In this document: piece by piece, positions 16,350 to 29,680 of the stretch | Position numbering within the stretch: position 1 is the first letter of the stretch | Layout of the letters: each line of letters starts with the position of its first letter | NCBI GenBank assembly: GCA_012295275.1 | Contig: CM022678.1 | Span: forward strand, 16,058,001 to 16,122,000 | Length of the DNA stretch: 64,000 nucleotides | Direction of reading: 5' to 3' | Origin: Chrysomallon squamiferum | Lineage: Eukaryota; Animalia; Mollusca | Made by a program: the position numbers and the translations under genes | The notes under the pieces: generated by a model | The model's input: only the letters and a program-made list of their open reading frames with translations | What the model was told of the DNA's origin: nothing | Databases searched by the model: none

Positions 16350-16526
16350 GTATCTATGCTTGTGTGTGTGTGTGTGTATACATGCACACATACACAAACA
16401 CACATATATATGTGTACCTACAAACATATTTTTAAAAGCCAATAAACGACAAATAACAGAAACATAATTTTAATGCTCATCTATCAAAATATACATAGAA
16501 AATACTGAAACAATGGAGTTGTCTGT

Positions 16527-16540
16527 GTTGCCATGGCTAC
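16527..16540. promoter_or_regulatory. RFX X-box
   Basis: GTTGCCATGGCTAC is a near-consensus palindromic X-box about 3 kb upstream of the DCDC2-like ATG. Confidence 0.55.
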
Positions 16541-16929
16541 ACTTAGCGACAAAAGTACAACATATATTAAATCCACGAACCATAAAGCACTCAATTCTGA
16601 GCTTTCGACAGCAGATTAAATAACGGAGTGTGTAAAAAACGGTCGTATTTTACGACCGCTGTTACGTTTCAAGTGTTCATTTTGAAACCTGACCGCTCTG
16701 TGTTACACAGGTCAGTGTCAACATAAAGGTTCCGTGCACGGTTCACACGTGTTTTCTGACGTTACGAGTTTGTTCGGTTGCACGAGCAACGTTAGTAGTC
16801 GAAGCGTCTGAGTTTTGGAGCGTGAGGGTGTGCGTATGTGCGTGCGGACGTAGGGGTGTGAGAGGTTTGAGCGGATGTGTGTGTATTTTTTGTGTGTGTG
16901 TGTGTGTGTGTGTGTGGATATTTGTTGTG

Positions 16930-16962
<33 letters not shown>

Positions 16963-17023
16963 TTTTGGGTGTATATGTCTATTTGTATGAAGGTGTGCAT
17001 GTGTCTATATGTGTGTGTGTATT

Positions 17024-17054
<31 letters not shown>

Positions 17055-18764
17055 ATTTATTGTTACGCTGTTTGCATGTGAAGCTGTGGGTATGTGCTAG
17101 AGGTATCACTTTTGTTTTTATTTCATGAATGTATGAAAAAAAACCATTAATAAAATCAATAATCTAAGACAAGAAAAACTTTAAATAATGTAAGAATAAA
17201 ATGTTTGATTGCAGGTAAATCAAAGAAAGTTAGATGAACGAAAGAGAAAATGAATGAACGAAAAGCGTATAAAGAAAAAAAGAAAGAAAAAACCAAGCAA
17301 CAACAACAGCAGCAGCAGCAACAACAACAACGAAAGAACGAAGCCAGACAAACAGATACATGAGTAGATAGATTAATATACAGACAAACATAAGTATGTG
17401 TCTCTGTATGTGTGTGTGTTATGTGTGTATGTATGAGTAGATGAGTGTGTATATATTTATAGCTAGATAGACAGATAGACAGACGGTCAGAAATATAGAT
17501 ACATAACATACACAGACAGACAGAAAAACATCCCGACAGAGGGAAATACATTACAGACACACAGAAAGACAAACTGCCACATCGACATACTATTATTATT
17601 ATAAAAAACTCGAAGTCAAATTTAATAACACTAGAAATGATATACGAGTTTTACTGAACTTGGAATGACTCTCAATGCAGGGTTTAACATTTGTTTAATC
17701 CTCGATCGTAAATCCAAGTTTCATCAAAGGATCTTTATTGCAGGTAAGCCTAATGAAAAAGCAATGGTCATAAAGAGGTAACGTATATCAAAATTTTACT
17801 AATCCTTATACACCTTGCAAACAAACATTTTAAATATTGAATTTCAAAAGGGATTTTCTTTTTTTTTTTGGTTATGTTTTTGTCATTCAGCTACTGCAGT
17901 GGAATGAGGGGCTAGGTCACAGGGTGGTACAGGTGATGGGAATTTTTGTTCCCCATGACTGGTTTTTAGTTTTATAGATAAATAGATAAATAGAAACAAA
18001 AAGAAATAAATTCATAAATGTGTAGTTGTATAAGCAAATGTATCATTATATTATTATTGTTTCTGGAACAGTAGTTTTGTAAATAGATAGATAAATAGAT
18101 AGATAGATAGATAGATAGACAGACAGACATATAGATACCTAGAGATTTTATAGATGATAGATAGATAGATAGACAGATAGGTAGATCGATCGACAGACTG
18201 ATAAATAGAAACACAAAATAAATACATAAATAAATAAATTAATTAATTAATGTAAAGATATATAAACAAATACATCATTATACTGTTCTTTTTTCTGGAA
18301 TAATAGTTTTATTAAATACTTTTTTTATCACCTCCTTCTTCCCCACCCACCCATGTAAACACACCCACCTACACCCGCCCCTGAATTAACTCCATTTAAT
18401 TTCAATATGAGATTGTCTTCCCACCCACATGAATGCTTCGTGTGGGTGAGAAATTTCAAGTGTTTACAAATATACTCATTCTGCTTGAACTAATATTGTA
18501 TAAGCACCATAAAAGAGATCTACGTTACCAACAATGTATCTTTGTGTTTTGTGTTAACTGTCTATTAAGAAGGTGCGTTTGTCATACGTTGTAATGTGGT
18601 AGAGTGGTTATATTGAAGTAATATTTGTCAGAAATGTAACAGATTATAAGAACTGGGTTGAAATGTGATTCTAATTAATAGTTCGTATTCGTGTACACTG
18701 ACATGCGCGCACGTTTTCACAGACCACGTGCCTGGTTTACACTGATACTAATTACTATATTTTA

Positions 18765-18867
<103 letters not shown>

Positions 18868-19561
18868 ACACACACACAAACACACGCACACACACATGTT
18901 CTTGTTAGAATATTAATGTACACAAACAGGCACATAAAATAAAAACATATGCATATTTACATATACATGAATAAACACACACATACAAACACATATACAC
19001 GCACACGCACACGCACGCACACACCACACCCCACACATCACACACATATAATACTTTTAATAAATGAACTGTCTCTAACACTAATACAAACACACACACA
19101 TATTAGCCTTTGCCGATCAGAATAGATTAGTTTTTTTCTTGATATTTTTCTTTTTTTTCTGCCAACTTTTATCCTTTTCTTAACTGTCTCACATCTCAGC
19201 ACTTCACGTCTTTATTTCTTTCTTTCTTATTTTTTCTTCTCCTGAAGTATTTTGCTAATGGCTGATTCACACTGGATGATTTATGCTAACGATCTTATAA
19301 TTAACCGATCGATTAAACGGAGTTAATTCAGAATGCTTCCTGCTGGCTTCGACTCGCAACGACAAAAAACGAGTGTATCTTGTATCACTGTTTTATATCA
19401 GTATCTTGTATCAGTGTTTGGGGCTGTTGTTATCGTTGTAGTTATCATTATTACTGTTCTTGATGTTGCTGCTGATGTTGTTGTACTTGTTTTCATCATC
19501 TTCCATCTTTGTTGTTGCTAATAATATTATTGTTGTTGTTATTACTGTACCATTACTACTT

Positions 19562-19633
<72 letters not shown>

Positions 19634-19956
19634 TTACTACTACTACGACTGCTATTATTATTATTATTAATTAATTAATTATTTTATTAATTAATTAGTT
19701 AATTACAGTAAGATATCCCATTTAATTAATGTTATTATTTATTGTCAGCCGAAGTTACACAGTGTGTAAGAGTCTTTATAGTATTAGCGTACTGTAAACT
19801 GCCATTGATGTGTATTAATCCTAAACGTCATAGGTCGACATGTCAACGTGGCGCTCTGCCGACACTTCTAAAGAAATCTTCCGGTTTGTTGTAACGTAAA
19901 AAAACACAAATTACAAACTAAATAGATCATTGCAGATATAGTATTTTCGTGGATTG

Positions 19957-19993
<37 letters not shown>

Positions 19994-20807
19994 GACATTA
20001 CTACTTTGCATTGCTACTACTGTAACTATTGCTAATATTACTACTACCACTACTATCTCTAGTTACTTCTAGCAGTTACTACTACTACCACTACTACTGC
20101 TACTACTGCAACAACAACTACTATTACTACTGTATTCAAAATTAAATTTAGCCTATATCTTCCCATGCTAAGAGAGGAATATTAAATAAGTAGTTACATG
20201 ATTGCATTCTAATTTTATTTATTAACTTTTAAAACCAAAATGTTGTTATTTTTAAACCTCCCCAAAAAACAAGTATTAATACAATTCCTACTTTAAAAAA
20301 GAAAAACAACAAGCGCAGAACCAAAAAAATAAAAAAAAAAAAAAAAAAAAAAGAAAAAAACCTGAAGAAAACAAAAAACAAAAACAAACAACAATAACAA
20401 TAACAATAAATAAATAAATGAATAAATAAATAAATAAATAAAATAAAACAAACCATAATAACATTTATTTATTTATTTATTATTTTTTATTTTTATAACT
20501 TTTGACTACACTCTCTTAAATGATAAACTTTTAAGAGAAAATTTCGACTGAGCTACATTTTAATTAGTATTTTTTTGAGGTTTTGTTTATTAAACGTAAC
20601 TACTGTCTACTTTGATCGTTGGTTATGTCTCTGTAAGTATTAGAAACACTAACAATAATATCACTTCAAATACATTATTTTTTAACAAGCGTAAATATAC
20701 TAGTATTAGAATTAGTTGATTATTAGTAGATAATAGTAAATATTAGTAACACAGCAATAACAAGAAAAAACAATATTAAACAATATAATAATAATACTAA
20801 AATCAAA

Positions 20808-20842
<35 letters not shown>

Positions 20843-21814
20843 ATAATAATAATAATAGTAATAGTAATAACAAAAAGTAATCACAGAAAATACAAAAAAC
20901 AAAAATAAAGTTAAAAGCCTGATATTTCTGTGTTAAATATTTATCTTTCCCACCAATTTTAATTTTTTTTTAAATAAAAAAAAGAAGAAGAAAACTGACA
21001 TCTTTGTGTATTTGTATATCTCAATAACCCATGTCTCAGAATAAATAAAGTATTTCTATACATTAATGCATTTCAGTGTATAGTCATCACCTTGTGTATA
21101 GTAACCAATACAGAATATCTCAGATAATTGATCCAAATCAAATCCATTTATTTAGCTTGGTGTATCTTTCGGGTAACTGCGCCCAACTTTAACAAACCAT
21201 TCTAATTCTCTATTCGAGAGGGATGATACTGGATACGACACGACACAGAAAATATCAGAAACTACTCATCCAAATCAGAATCGTTTGTCTAGATACGAAG
21301 GAGGGAGTCAAACTGGATGCGACACACTAACCCCTTTCTTTGAATTCTTTCTTTCTCTTTAGGATTGTGTCTTTGTTTGTTTGTTTGTTTATTTATTTAT
21401 TTATTTGTTTTATTTATTTATATATTTATTTATTTGTCTATTTATTTATTTATTGTCTCGTGTACTCGACTTACCAATAGTTACTACGTGGACCCGCCCT
21501 GTAGGTGGCAGCACTGTGTTGTGTTTTGTTAATTAAGCAAATATCGAGAGAGGAAGGAGAGAAAATATGATTATTTCACGCACGTTCGTGACCTAACAAT
21601 GTATATTTCACTGCAAGTAAACATTATAATTCGTAGCAAGTGTGAAATAAACACGGGGAAATTGATTTGTTTATCGTTGCTAGGTGCGTCTTGGTGAAGT
21701 AAACAGAAATTGCCGTATGGTTTTGAATGTGCTGAAATATCCAGCAAGATTCAGTAGTGTTGAAATCAATTGATAATTATTTGAATTCCTGAACTTTTTA
21801 ATTTCAAATTTGTT

Positions 21815-21881
<67 letters not shown>

Positions 21882-22266
21882 ACGCACACACAAGCATATA
21901 GAGGTGATGGACTGTTAAGTGGTGTTAAATTTTTACATGTGACAAAAACACATTTTTATCCCCATAAACTTTCACAGCTTGATCGATGTAATGTGATCTT
22001 ACTGACTTTTTTTTTCACGAACAATGATGAATGCAAGTTGAAGTTTTTTAATTAATGGGAATTTTTGTTCTATGTTGACCTTCGTTTACACACTGACGTA
22101 TCGGTGACGTCAGTTCCATACACAGATTATAATACGTAACTTCTTTACTGAATACGAATCTTTCCACATACGTTTTATTCAAAGAAAGCGAATAGTTTTC
22201 CATAGAACAAAATCGTTAGTGTTGAAATACCAACGATTAGACAAACAGAAAAGAATCCTGTATTTA

Positions 22267-22315
<49 letters not shown>

Positions 22316-23106
22316 TAAAATAGTATAAAATAAAATAAGTAGAGTAGATAGATAGATAGTAGTAGTAGTAGTAATAATAACAAAAAGAAATAAAGTAAAA
22401 TAATAATAATAAAATAAATAATAGACAGATAGATAGATAATAATAATAATAATGATAATAGTAATAATAATAATCACAACAACAACAGTAATAACTATAA
22501 TGAACAACAACAACAAAATAAAACCCAAAGCAGGAGTATTTCGTGAAAAACGACAAATCACGGCTAACTTCACTCTGCTTCAACGGAAGATCTTCGTAAG
22601 GCTCTCTGTGATTGGTCACGTGTTTGACATGCGCAGTTAGCCTTTTTAGCTTTTAGCAACCACTGAACGTCAAGCATGCATTGGTTTGTTATTCATTATG
22701 TTGATGATGATGATGATGATGATGATGTGTGTGTGTGTGTGTGTGTGTGTCATACTATATATAGAAACACACAAACACAAATATTTTTAAAATCTTTCTT
22801 TCTTTGGTTGTTTAGTATCTGCCCCAAGAAGTCTCCAGTCTTGTTTCTAACTACTCATATTAACTGAAAACAACCCTTTCACCTGCCACCTCATCTTTCT
22901 ACATTCAGTAACATTTTGATTTACTTGGCTCTCTCCAGTTTTACGTATCAATTTCGGTATGTTAATATATATTTATAGCTAGATTGATAGATATAGATAT
23001 AGATATAGATATAGATATACATTAATGACACTTGACAAGGTCAACGGTTGACGCCAGCGCCCTCTTTAACCCGATATGATCTCAGAAGTTGCGTGACTGG
23101 GTGTCG

Positions 23107-23156
23107 GTGCTTGGTAACCGTTGCCTAGGAACCGCTGTATTATTATTTGTAAACAA
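23107..23156. promoter_or_regulatory. Tandem X-box-like sites plus a forkhead motif
   Basis: GTGCTTGGTAAC (23107-23118) is followed by GTTGCCTAGGAAC (23120-23132) and GTAAACAA (23149-23156). Confidence 0.45.
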
Positions 23157-23658
23157 ATGAAGTATAGTGTTTTAAATTATTTTATTATTATTATTATATA
23201 TATATATATATTCATTATTATTGTTTTTCATCTTTTATATATATAAGTTTATTAATTAATTAATTAATTATTATTATTAAAATTATATTATTAACTGAAT
23301 TTCGAGTGTGTGTGTGTGTGTGTGTCATATTGTATTATATCACAGAGATCTCCCCAGCATTTGTGAAAGGGATGGCGGGAATTGGTGTAACTGGTGCAAG
23401 TTAAAAGAAGGGATGATACAAAAAATGTTCAGGGTACAAGTACTTTGAACAGTGTTCAAATTACTTGTTTGTCAGAAATATTCCTATAAATATCTGCATC
23501 AAATCCATTAACTATTAACAAGTTTATTTTATTTCCAATTAAATAAAATCAAAGTGTCTGTTGCCGGCGGGTTTTTTCTGGTTGTTCTGTGAATTGTAGA
23601 CTTTACATGAACATATATATGTTGTTTTGTAATCTTCTGTATATATTGTGTATATATA

Positions 23659-23743
<85 letters not shown>

Positions 23744-24702
23744 TGTGAGATCGTTTTTATTAAGTGAAACATCGCCACGCAGTGTAATAATGAATATTTA
23801 TGAGAATGTGACGTAGAATGTGCGATGTGCTGTTGATAATGATTGTTTTTATATTGAGCTCGATGTATCCAAGATAATAATTATTACTTAGGCACGGATT
23901 AGCTCGGTGTATCTTTCGGGTAGCTACGCTCAACTGCAACAGTAATTTAGCCGAATCGCCCGAGGGGGTAATTTGTATACAATGACAGTCGCTGTTTCAG
24001 ATTACATCTATTTTGTTTAGGGACAAGACTCGTGAACTGCTCACTCCAAAAGTGTAAAACAATGACCTGACAGTCAGTCTAAATAAACGGGTGGTGGATG
24101 TTGCTGCCGTGGCTGACGAATGTCGAGCGAAGACGTCGTAAACCATAAGTGATGGCGGACCCACCACCTCTTACAATATACAGCGAGACTGTATATTATA
24201 TTGTGATATAGGTAATATGTTTCTATTTTATATAGTTTGAAATAGTTTATAGCACACAGGTATATAAAACTCTTTACAGTCACAAATTAAACATGAAGTA
24301 AAACACATAACATTAGATTCCGCGCATTAATCTGTCACTGTGTATCTTTTTCTACAACCTTCCAGCCAATAGGTGTCAAGTGCTGTCACGTGACCACATC
24401 CACGAGCCAATCAATAGCTTCTTTGAATGTTATGTACATAGTTTCAGAGTTTACAGTTCAGATAAGGAGGTACGTAAGTAAATAAAATCGCGACCGTTTC
24501 CAGTAATAAGTAAAAAAAGTTGTGGATTCTGTGAAGTACTTTGGTAAACAGAGTAGTTATTGGGTAGTTTTATGTGTCGGAGAGACAGTGTTTATTGATT
24601 TTATTACAGTTTAATCCTAACAACTGTTAATTTAACAGGCTGTAAGATTAGAACTGCTTCCAGTAATGTACAGCTATTTGTAATTTATATTTAGTCATCT
24701 TT

Positions 24703-25165
24703 TTGTCTGTCTGTTTAACCTCGACTTACCGATCTATTACCTATCTACCTAACAACCAACCGACTACCTCTCTACCTACCTACCTACCTACCAGATCAAC
24801 TGTCCCTCTGTCTGTCTGTTTAACCTCGACTTACCGATCTATTACCTATCTACCTAACAACCAACCGACTACTGTCCCCTGTCTCGATTTTACCCTCTAC
24901 CTCTCTACCTACCTACCTACCTACCAGATCAACTGTCCCTCTGTCTGTCTGTTTAACCTCGACTTACCGATCTATTACCTATCTACCTAACAACCAACCG
25001 ACTACCTCTCTCTACCTACCTACCTACCTACCAGATCAACTGTCCCTCTGTCTGTCTGTTTAACCTCGACTTACCGATCTATTACCTATCTACCTAACAA
25101 CCAACCGACTACCTCTCTACCTACCTATCTACCTACCAGATCAACTGTCCCTCTGTCTGTCTGTT
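24703..25165. repeat. Minisatellite, about 4 units of roughly 105-135 bp containing (CTAC)n/(CAAC)n micro-repeats
   Basis: The unit ctgtctgtttaacctcgacttaccgatctattacctatctacctaacaaccaaccgact...accagatcaactgtccct recurs near 24708, 24811, 24945 and 25052. Confidence 0.9.
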
Positions 25166-25254
25166 TGTCTCTCTGGTTGTTTGTTTGTCTGTCTATCTCT
25201 CTGGCTACCTATCTATATATCTAATTTTGCATGTGTCTCTATAACTAGCTATAC

Positions 25255-25710
25255 TTCTATCTATGTGTATACCTGTATATCTGTCTGGCTATCTGTTTAC
25301 ATGTGTGTCTATGTCTAGTTATATGTATGTCTGTCTATGTGTATACATGTATATCTGTCTGGCTATGTGTATACCTGTATATCTGTCTGGCTATCTGTTT
25401 ACATGTGTCTCTATGTCTAGTTATATGTATGTCTGGCTATGTGTATACCTGTATATCTGTCTGGCTATCTGTTTCCATGTGTCTCTATGTCTAGTTATAT
25501 GTATGTCTGTCTATGTGTATACCTGTATACCTGTCTGGCTATCTATTTACACGTGTCTCTATGTCTAGTTATATGTATGTCTGTCTATGTGTATACCTGT
25601 ATATCTGTCTGGCTATCTGTTTACATGTGTCTCTATGTCTAGTTATATGTATGTCTGGCAATGTATACCTGTATAACTGTCTGGCTATCTGTTTACATGT
25701 GTCTGTTTGT
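25255..25710. repeat. Minisatellite with units of about 70-100 bp
   Basis: ctatgtgtatacctgtatatctgtctggctatctgtttacatgtgtctctatgtctagttatatgtatgt repeats about 5 times. Confidence 0.85.
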
Positions 25711-25902
25711 ATGTCCGTATGTCTCTCTGGCTGTCCATCTAGATGCGACATCAACAATAATAATAATTTTAACGTAATTACCAGTTTATGTTACCATATA
25801 AATATTCATTAAAAAGATATGTCACTGTTGACAACATTATTATTATTATTATTATTATTTATGGTTCTTTTGAGGGTAATATATCACTAAACTGACAAAT
25901 TA

Positions 25903-25960
<58 letters not shown>

Positions 25961-26319
25961 TATATATATATAAAACGGCACTTTATTATTAAATTCGAAA
26001 TCTATATCTATCTATCTAGCTATCTGTATGTTTCGTTTGTTCGGCAATAAATTTAATTTCGTGAAAACGCTGTATATAATTGTATATTCAGGTAAAGCAA
26101 CAAGAAATATGTGAAAATGCCTGGGTAGATGGTGTGAGAACATCACTACAGCACCGTTTAAAACAACAACGTCATTTCACTCATCGTACTAATTCACTAA
26201 TAATAAAAGTAATGTCACATTAAATTATTTAAATAATAATAACTTGATAATGACTGGGACAAATGAGGACTCATTCTTTTAAAACGTTTTTGCATGTTAC
26301 TGTCACGTACTACTACTAT

Positions 26320-26363
<44 letters not shown>

Positions 26364-27517
26364 ATATAACAGTAGTGCACCACTACTGATGTGGGTATAC
26401 TTTAAAACGCAGTAACGTTATTTAACTCATTGTAAAATAATAAAAATAATATCACATTAAATTGTCTGTATATAAATACATGTTGTTTAATAATGAGCGC
26501 GTCAAACGTGGACTCATGGTCTTTGTTTTGTTTTTTAAATTCCTGCTCAGTGAATATGTAAAAGTATCTGTATAGGTGGTCAGAAGATTACTTCTGCACA
26601 GTTCAAAATGCAGTAACGTCATTTAACTCAACGTAAAATAATGCAAACAATATCACATTAAATTATTTATATAATAATAGTTTCATAACGAGCGGGCCGA
26701 ACGGGGGCTCATTCTTTTAACACTTTTTACTTATGTCTACAAAAAGAGGACAAAATTATATAGGCTATTCCTAATATTTTGTCAGTATATCGACAAGAAC
26801 AACAACAATAGTAATACAACGATACAAATATAGCAGTAATAAAATAAGAATATAATTATAATCATAACCGAAACAAAAACAATAACAATAATAATAACAG
26901 TACTACTAGTAGTAGTAGTTGTAGTAGTAGTAGTAATAGTAGTAGTAGTGGTAGTATTGTCAACAGGTCTACACTCAAATATCTTTAAAAACATAAAAAG
27001 ACGTTTCACATTCATGGTGCTTATTTTTTTATTTCAACACACATAATGATAGCTAATATTGTGTAGGCAGGCATTCTACAATCTGTATTGTTTCCTCTAG
27101 TATTAACACACAAAATTTAACTAAAAACATAACAACAAGAAGAAAATATAGTAAAATTATCTGGTAGAAATTAAAGTCTGTCTTAAATGAGTTTGTTTAA
27201 AACGATACTTAATTGTTTCCTTTAACTGGTGCACAGTGTTTTAAAATAACACTGCCTGACACTGAAACAACAAGTTATTGTAGACGTATGGAGACTGATG
27301 TTTGTGTACAAAGTTTAATTTCTGTGACGTCACGGTATTCAGAGTTATATGAAGTTGCTGTGAGGAGGTAAGTTTGTGTAAAACATCAAGACAGTAAGAA
27401 AATTGTGTGTGAAATCAACGAAGAATTGGCGCCGGTACTGCGGAGTTCTCAAATGGATAAGAAAAAAAAAAACTCAGTGGCTGAAATAAGCACAGACAAA
27501 CACTTGCACCTTTCTGT

Positions 27518-27570
27518 TTAAGACAGACGGATTTTTTCCAATCCAAGCTGACCTACTGGCCTGTGTAATA
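27518..27570 (-). pseudogene. Cluster unit A terminal exon (phase 1), with an early stop
   Basis: Strong acceptor ttttcttttttttgcag|TA TTA CAC AGG CCA gives VLHRPVGQLGLEKIRLS*. The sequence after the stop still resembles the end of the 44010 exon (PAPILR* vs PAGILR*), so the stop looks premature. Confidence 0.4.
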
Positions 27571-28335
27571 CTGCAAAAAAAAGAAAAAGAAGAAAGAAAA
27601 ACAGATACGTAAACAGTTAAACATGAATGCACGGGTTCATTGAAACATAATTTGTAGATGTGACGTTTGGTTTAAGTTTGGAGATGTTTAACAAACTGAT
27701 TGGTAACTGAAGACGATTTGTATAAAACAGGTGAGAAAATCTAGCGTAATCATTTTGAGAAAGGCATAGACAGGACTACATACTATCCTTGTATAAGGCG
27801 GTAAATACCACCATCACCACCATGAACAATAATAACACTTGCAATGATAATAATACTAATACAAAAACAACAATTATAAAAAAGTAAAATTGTTTAAATA
27901 CTAGGTTTATGATATAGTAACAGTAACGTTTTATAGATTTCTTTTTACTGTGCTCAAGGAACATATTTCATAGCGTACACGATCCTCTTGTAACCAATTT
28001 ATCTTCATTGTCTACATGTGCTTTATGTATTTTGTACAAATAATTTTACTTCATATGCTTTTTATTTCACGTCATGTATTTTATTTCACGGCCTTTATGA
28101 CATACGTCTAATTTCGGTTTCACGTTATTCCGTACAAGAAAATATTCACACAAGAAAAACTGGAAATTATTTAACGTCCGGATAGAATCACATATAGGCA
28201 CAGACATGCTTCATACATAGATACATATATACACGCATGCACACAGACACTCATACATACATACATAAGGTCGACAGTTCATGTCGTTATAAAGAAAAAG
28301 AGATAATTAAAAATATCAACAAAAATAAACATTAC

Positions 28336-28366
28336 CTACCGATGACCAAGCATAATCACTGTCCAT
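28336..28366 (-). CDS. Cluster unit A first exon (MDSDYAWSSV, phase-1 donor)
   Basis: aacATGG context at the position homologous to other first exons. Donor TAG|gtaatg. The upstream leader is homologous to 29690-29760 but interrupted by a SINE. Confidence 0.4.
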
Positions 28367-28439
28367 GTTGCCATCTGTAGTAAGTCGTTCTGGTGAATTG
28401 TGTCATTAGTCAGTAACAAAATTAATGTTCTGATCTCAG

Positions 28440-28640
28440 TGTATGTATTTTGAATAGGAATTTTAATATTCTCTGTCCTGTGTACGTCTGATTAGACTCC
28501 GAACACAGACGATATTGGGAAACGCACTGGCGGAGGAGGACAAAGTTCAATCTCGATCTACCAAACCCGTCAGATGCCGCTGACGAGACTCGAACGTATG
28601 ACACCCGTTCACCCGCACTCCGAAGGAGGACGACCTTATG
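28440..28640 (-). mobile_element. Putative tRNA-derived SINE, copy 1
   Basis: GC-richer element of about 200 bp with a B-box GTTCGAGTC (reverse complement at 28587-28595) and a TACATAC-type tail. A second homologous copy lies at 33515-33722. Confidence 0.5.
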
Positions 28641-28836
28641 TATGTATGAGTGTTTGTCTGCATGCGTGTATATATGTATCTATGTATGAAGCATGTCTGT
28701 GCTTATATGTGATTCTATCCGGATGTTAAATAATTTCCAGTTTTTCTTGTGTGAATATTATATTATTGATTATTATTATCTTAAATATGAAAACAAGTTT
28801 ATTTTCAAAATATACCCACATCAGTGGTGCACCATA

Positions 28837-28870
<34 letters not shown>

Positions 28871-28871
28871 G

Positions 28872-28906
<35 letters not shown>

Positions 28907-29123
28907 CACTATTATTTATTTATTTATTTATTTTTCCAATTTTCAATAGGGACACACCAAAAAAAATACGCGATAGGTATACAACTCAAATGTCTTTAAG
29001 AACAGAACGAAGATATTTCACAGTCATTTCATTATTTTATATAATAACAGCTAATACTGTACAGACAGGCGCTCTATAATCTGCATTGTTCTAAAAATAG
29101 AGCAATGAAACATCTGGGATTTT

Positions 29124-29233
29124 TTAAAGTAAAATTACCTCGTACAACTTCGAGATGATCTCACAGATGGCGACTGGGACCATTTTCTTTATGATCGAGC
29201 AGAATACCTGTGTTCCAATCCTAATTATATCTC
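29124..29233 (-). CDS. Cluster unit B terminal exon: DIIRIGTQVFCSIIKKMVPVAICEIISKLYEVILL*
   Basis: Acceptor tttctagtattttcag|GA GAT, phase 1, open to TAA. The peptide is similar to the 36840-37018 exon (VFC..I...VP..[IV]CE). Confidence 0.5.
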
Positions 29234-29658
29234 CTGAAAATACTAGAAATAAATAAAATATATTTTTCTTTGCTTCATAATTAATGTTGTGTTTTACTTG
29301 TACAAAAGGATATTTAATGACTGCGCTATATAAACTGTTCAACATGAATGCACAACTGCAATGAAACATAATTTCTAGATGTGACATTTGGTTTAAGTTT
29401 GGAGATGTTTAACAGACTGATTGGTAACTGAAGACAATTCGTATAAAACAGGTGAGAAAATCTAGCTTAATCGTTTTGAGATAGGTGTAGACAGGACCAC
29501 CATCAACTAGAACAACAACAGCAATTGCAATAATAATAGTAATAACAAAAACAACAACAGTAATAACAACAGTAATAATTTCTACTTTATCATCGTGCGT
29601 ATAAAAAATAGTTGTTATAGTTTCTGGTTTAAAATTGTTTTAAAATTGTTTTTAGTAC

Positions 29659-29680
29659 TGCTGCTAAAGGTGCAGCCCAT
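29659..29680 (-). CDS. Cluster unit B first exon (MGCTFSS...)
   Basis: cccaacATGGGC lies downstream of the conserved leader and TATTTAA (29840-29846). Only a weak phase-1 donor (GCA|gtacta) remains. Unspliced it reads MGCTFSSSTKNNFKTILNQKL*. Confidence 0.35.

Larger units (their letters stand above)
28141..28759. repeat. About 130-bp near-perfect inverted repeat (arms 28141-28273 and 28631-28759) with a 360-bp spacer
   Basis: aatattcacacaagaaaaactggaaattatttaacgtccggatagaatcacatat...taaggtcg is the reverse complement of cgacctta...gattctatccggatgttaaataatttccagtttttcttgtgtgaatatt. Confidence 0.9.

Noticed and set aside
13010-17580. Similar segments ending gacacacagaaagacaaactgccac at about 13094-13118 and 17556-17580
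   Set aside because: The identity is short and lies within GACA/GATA-rich sequence. It is probably an old local duplication with no element structure.
18420-18450. Hairpin CACCCACATGAA-tgc-TTCGTGTGGGTG as a Helitron end or miRNA
   Set aside because: There is no downstream CTRR terminus, and the stem is too short for a pre-miRNA.
24703-25165. CRISPR-like regular repeats
   Set aside because: The spacers are not unique, the context is eukaryotic and there are no cas genes. It is a minisatellite.
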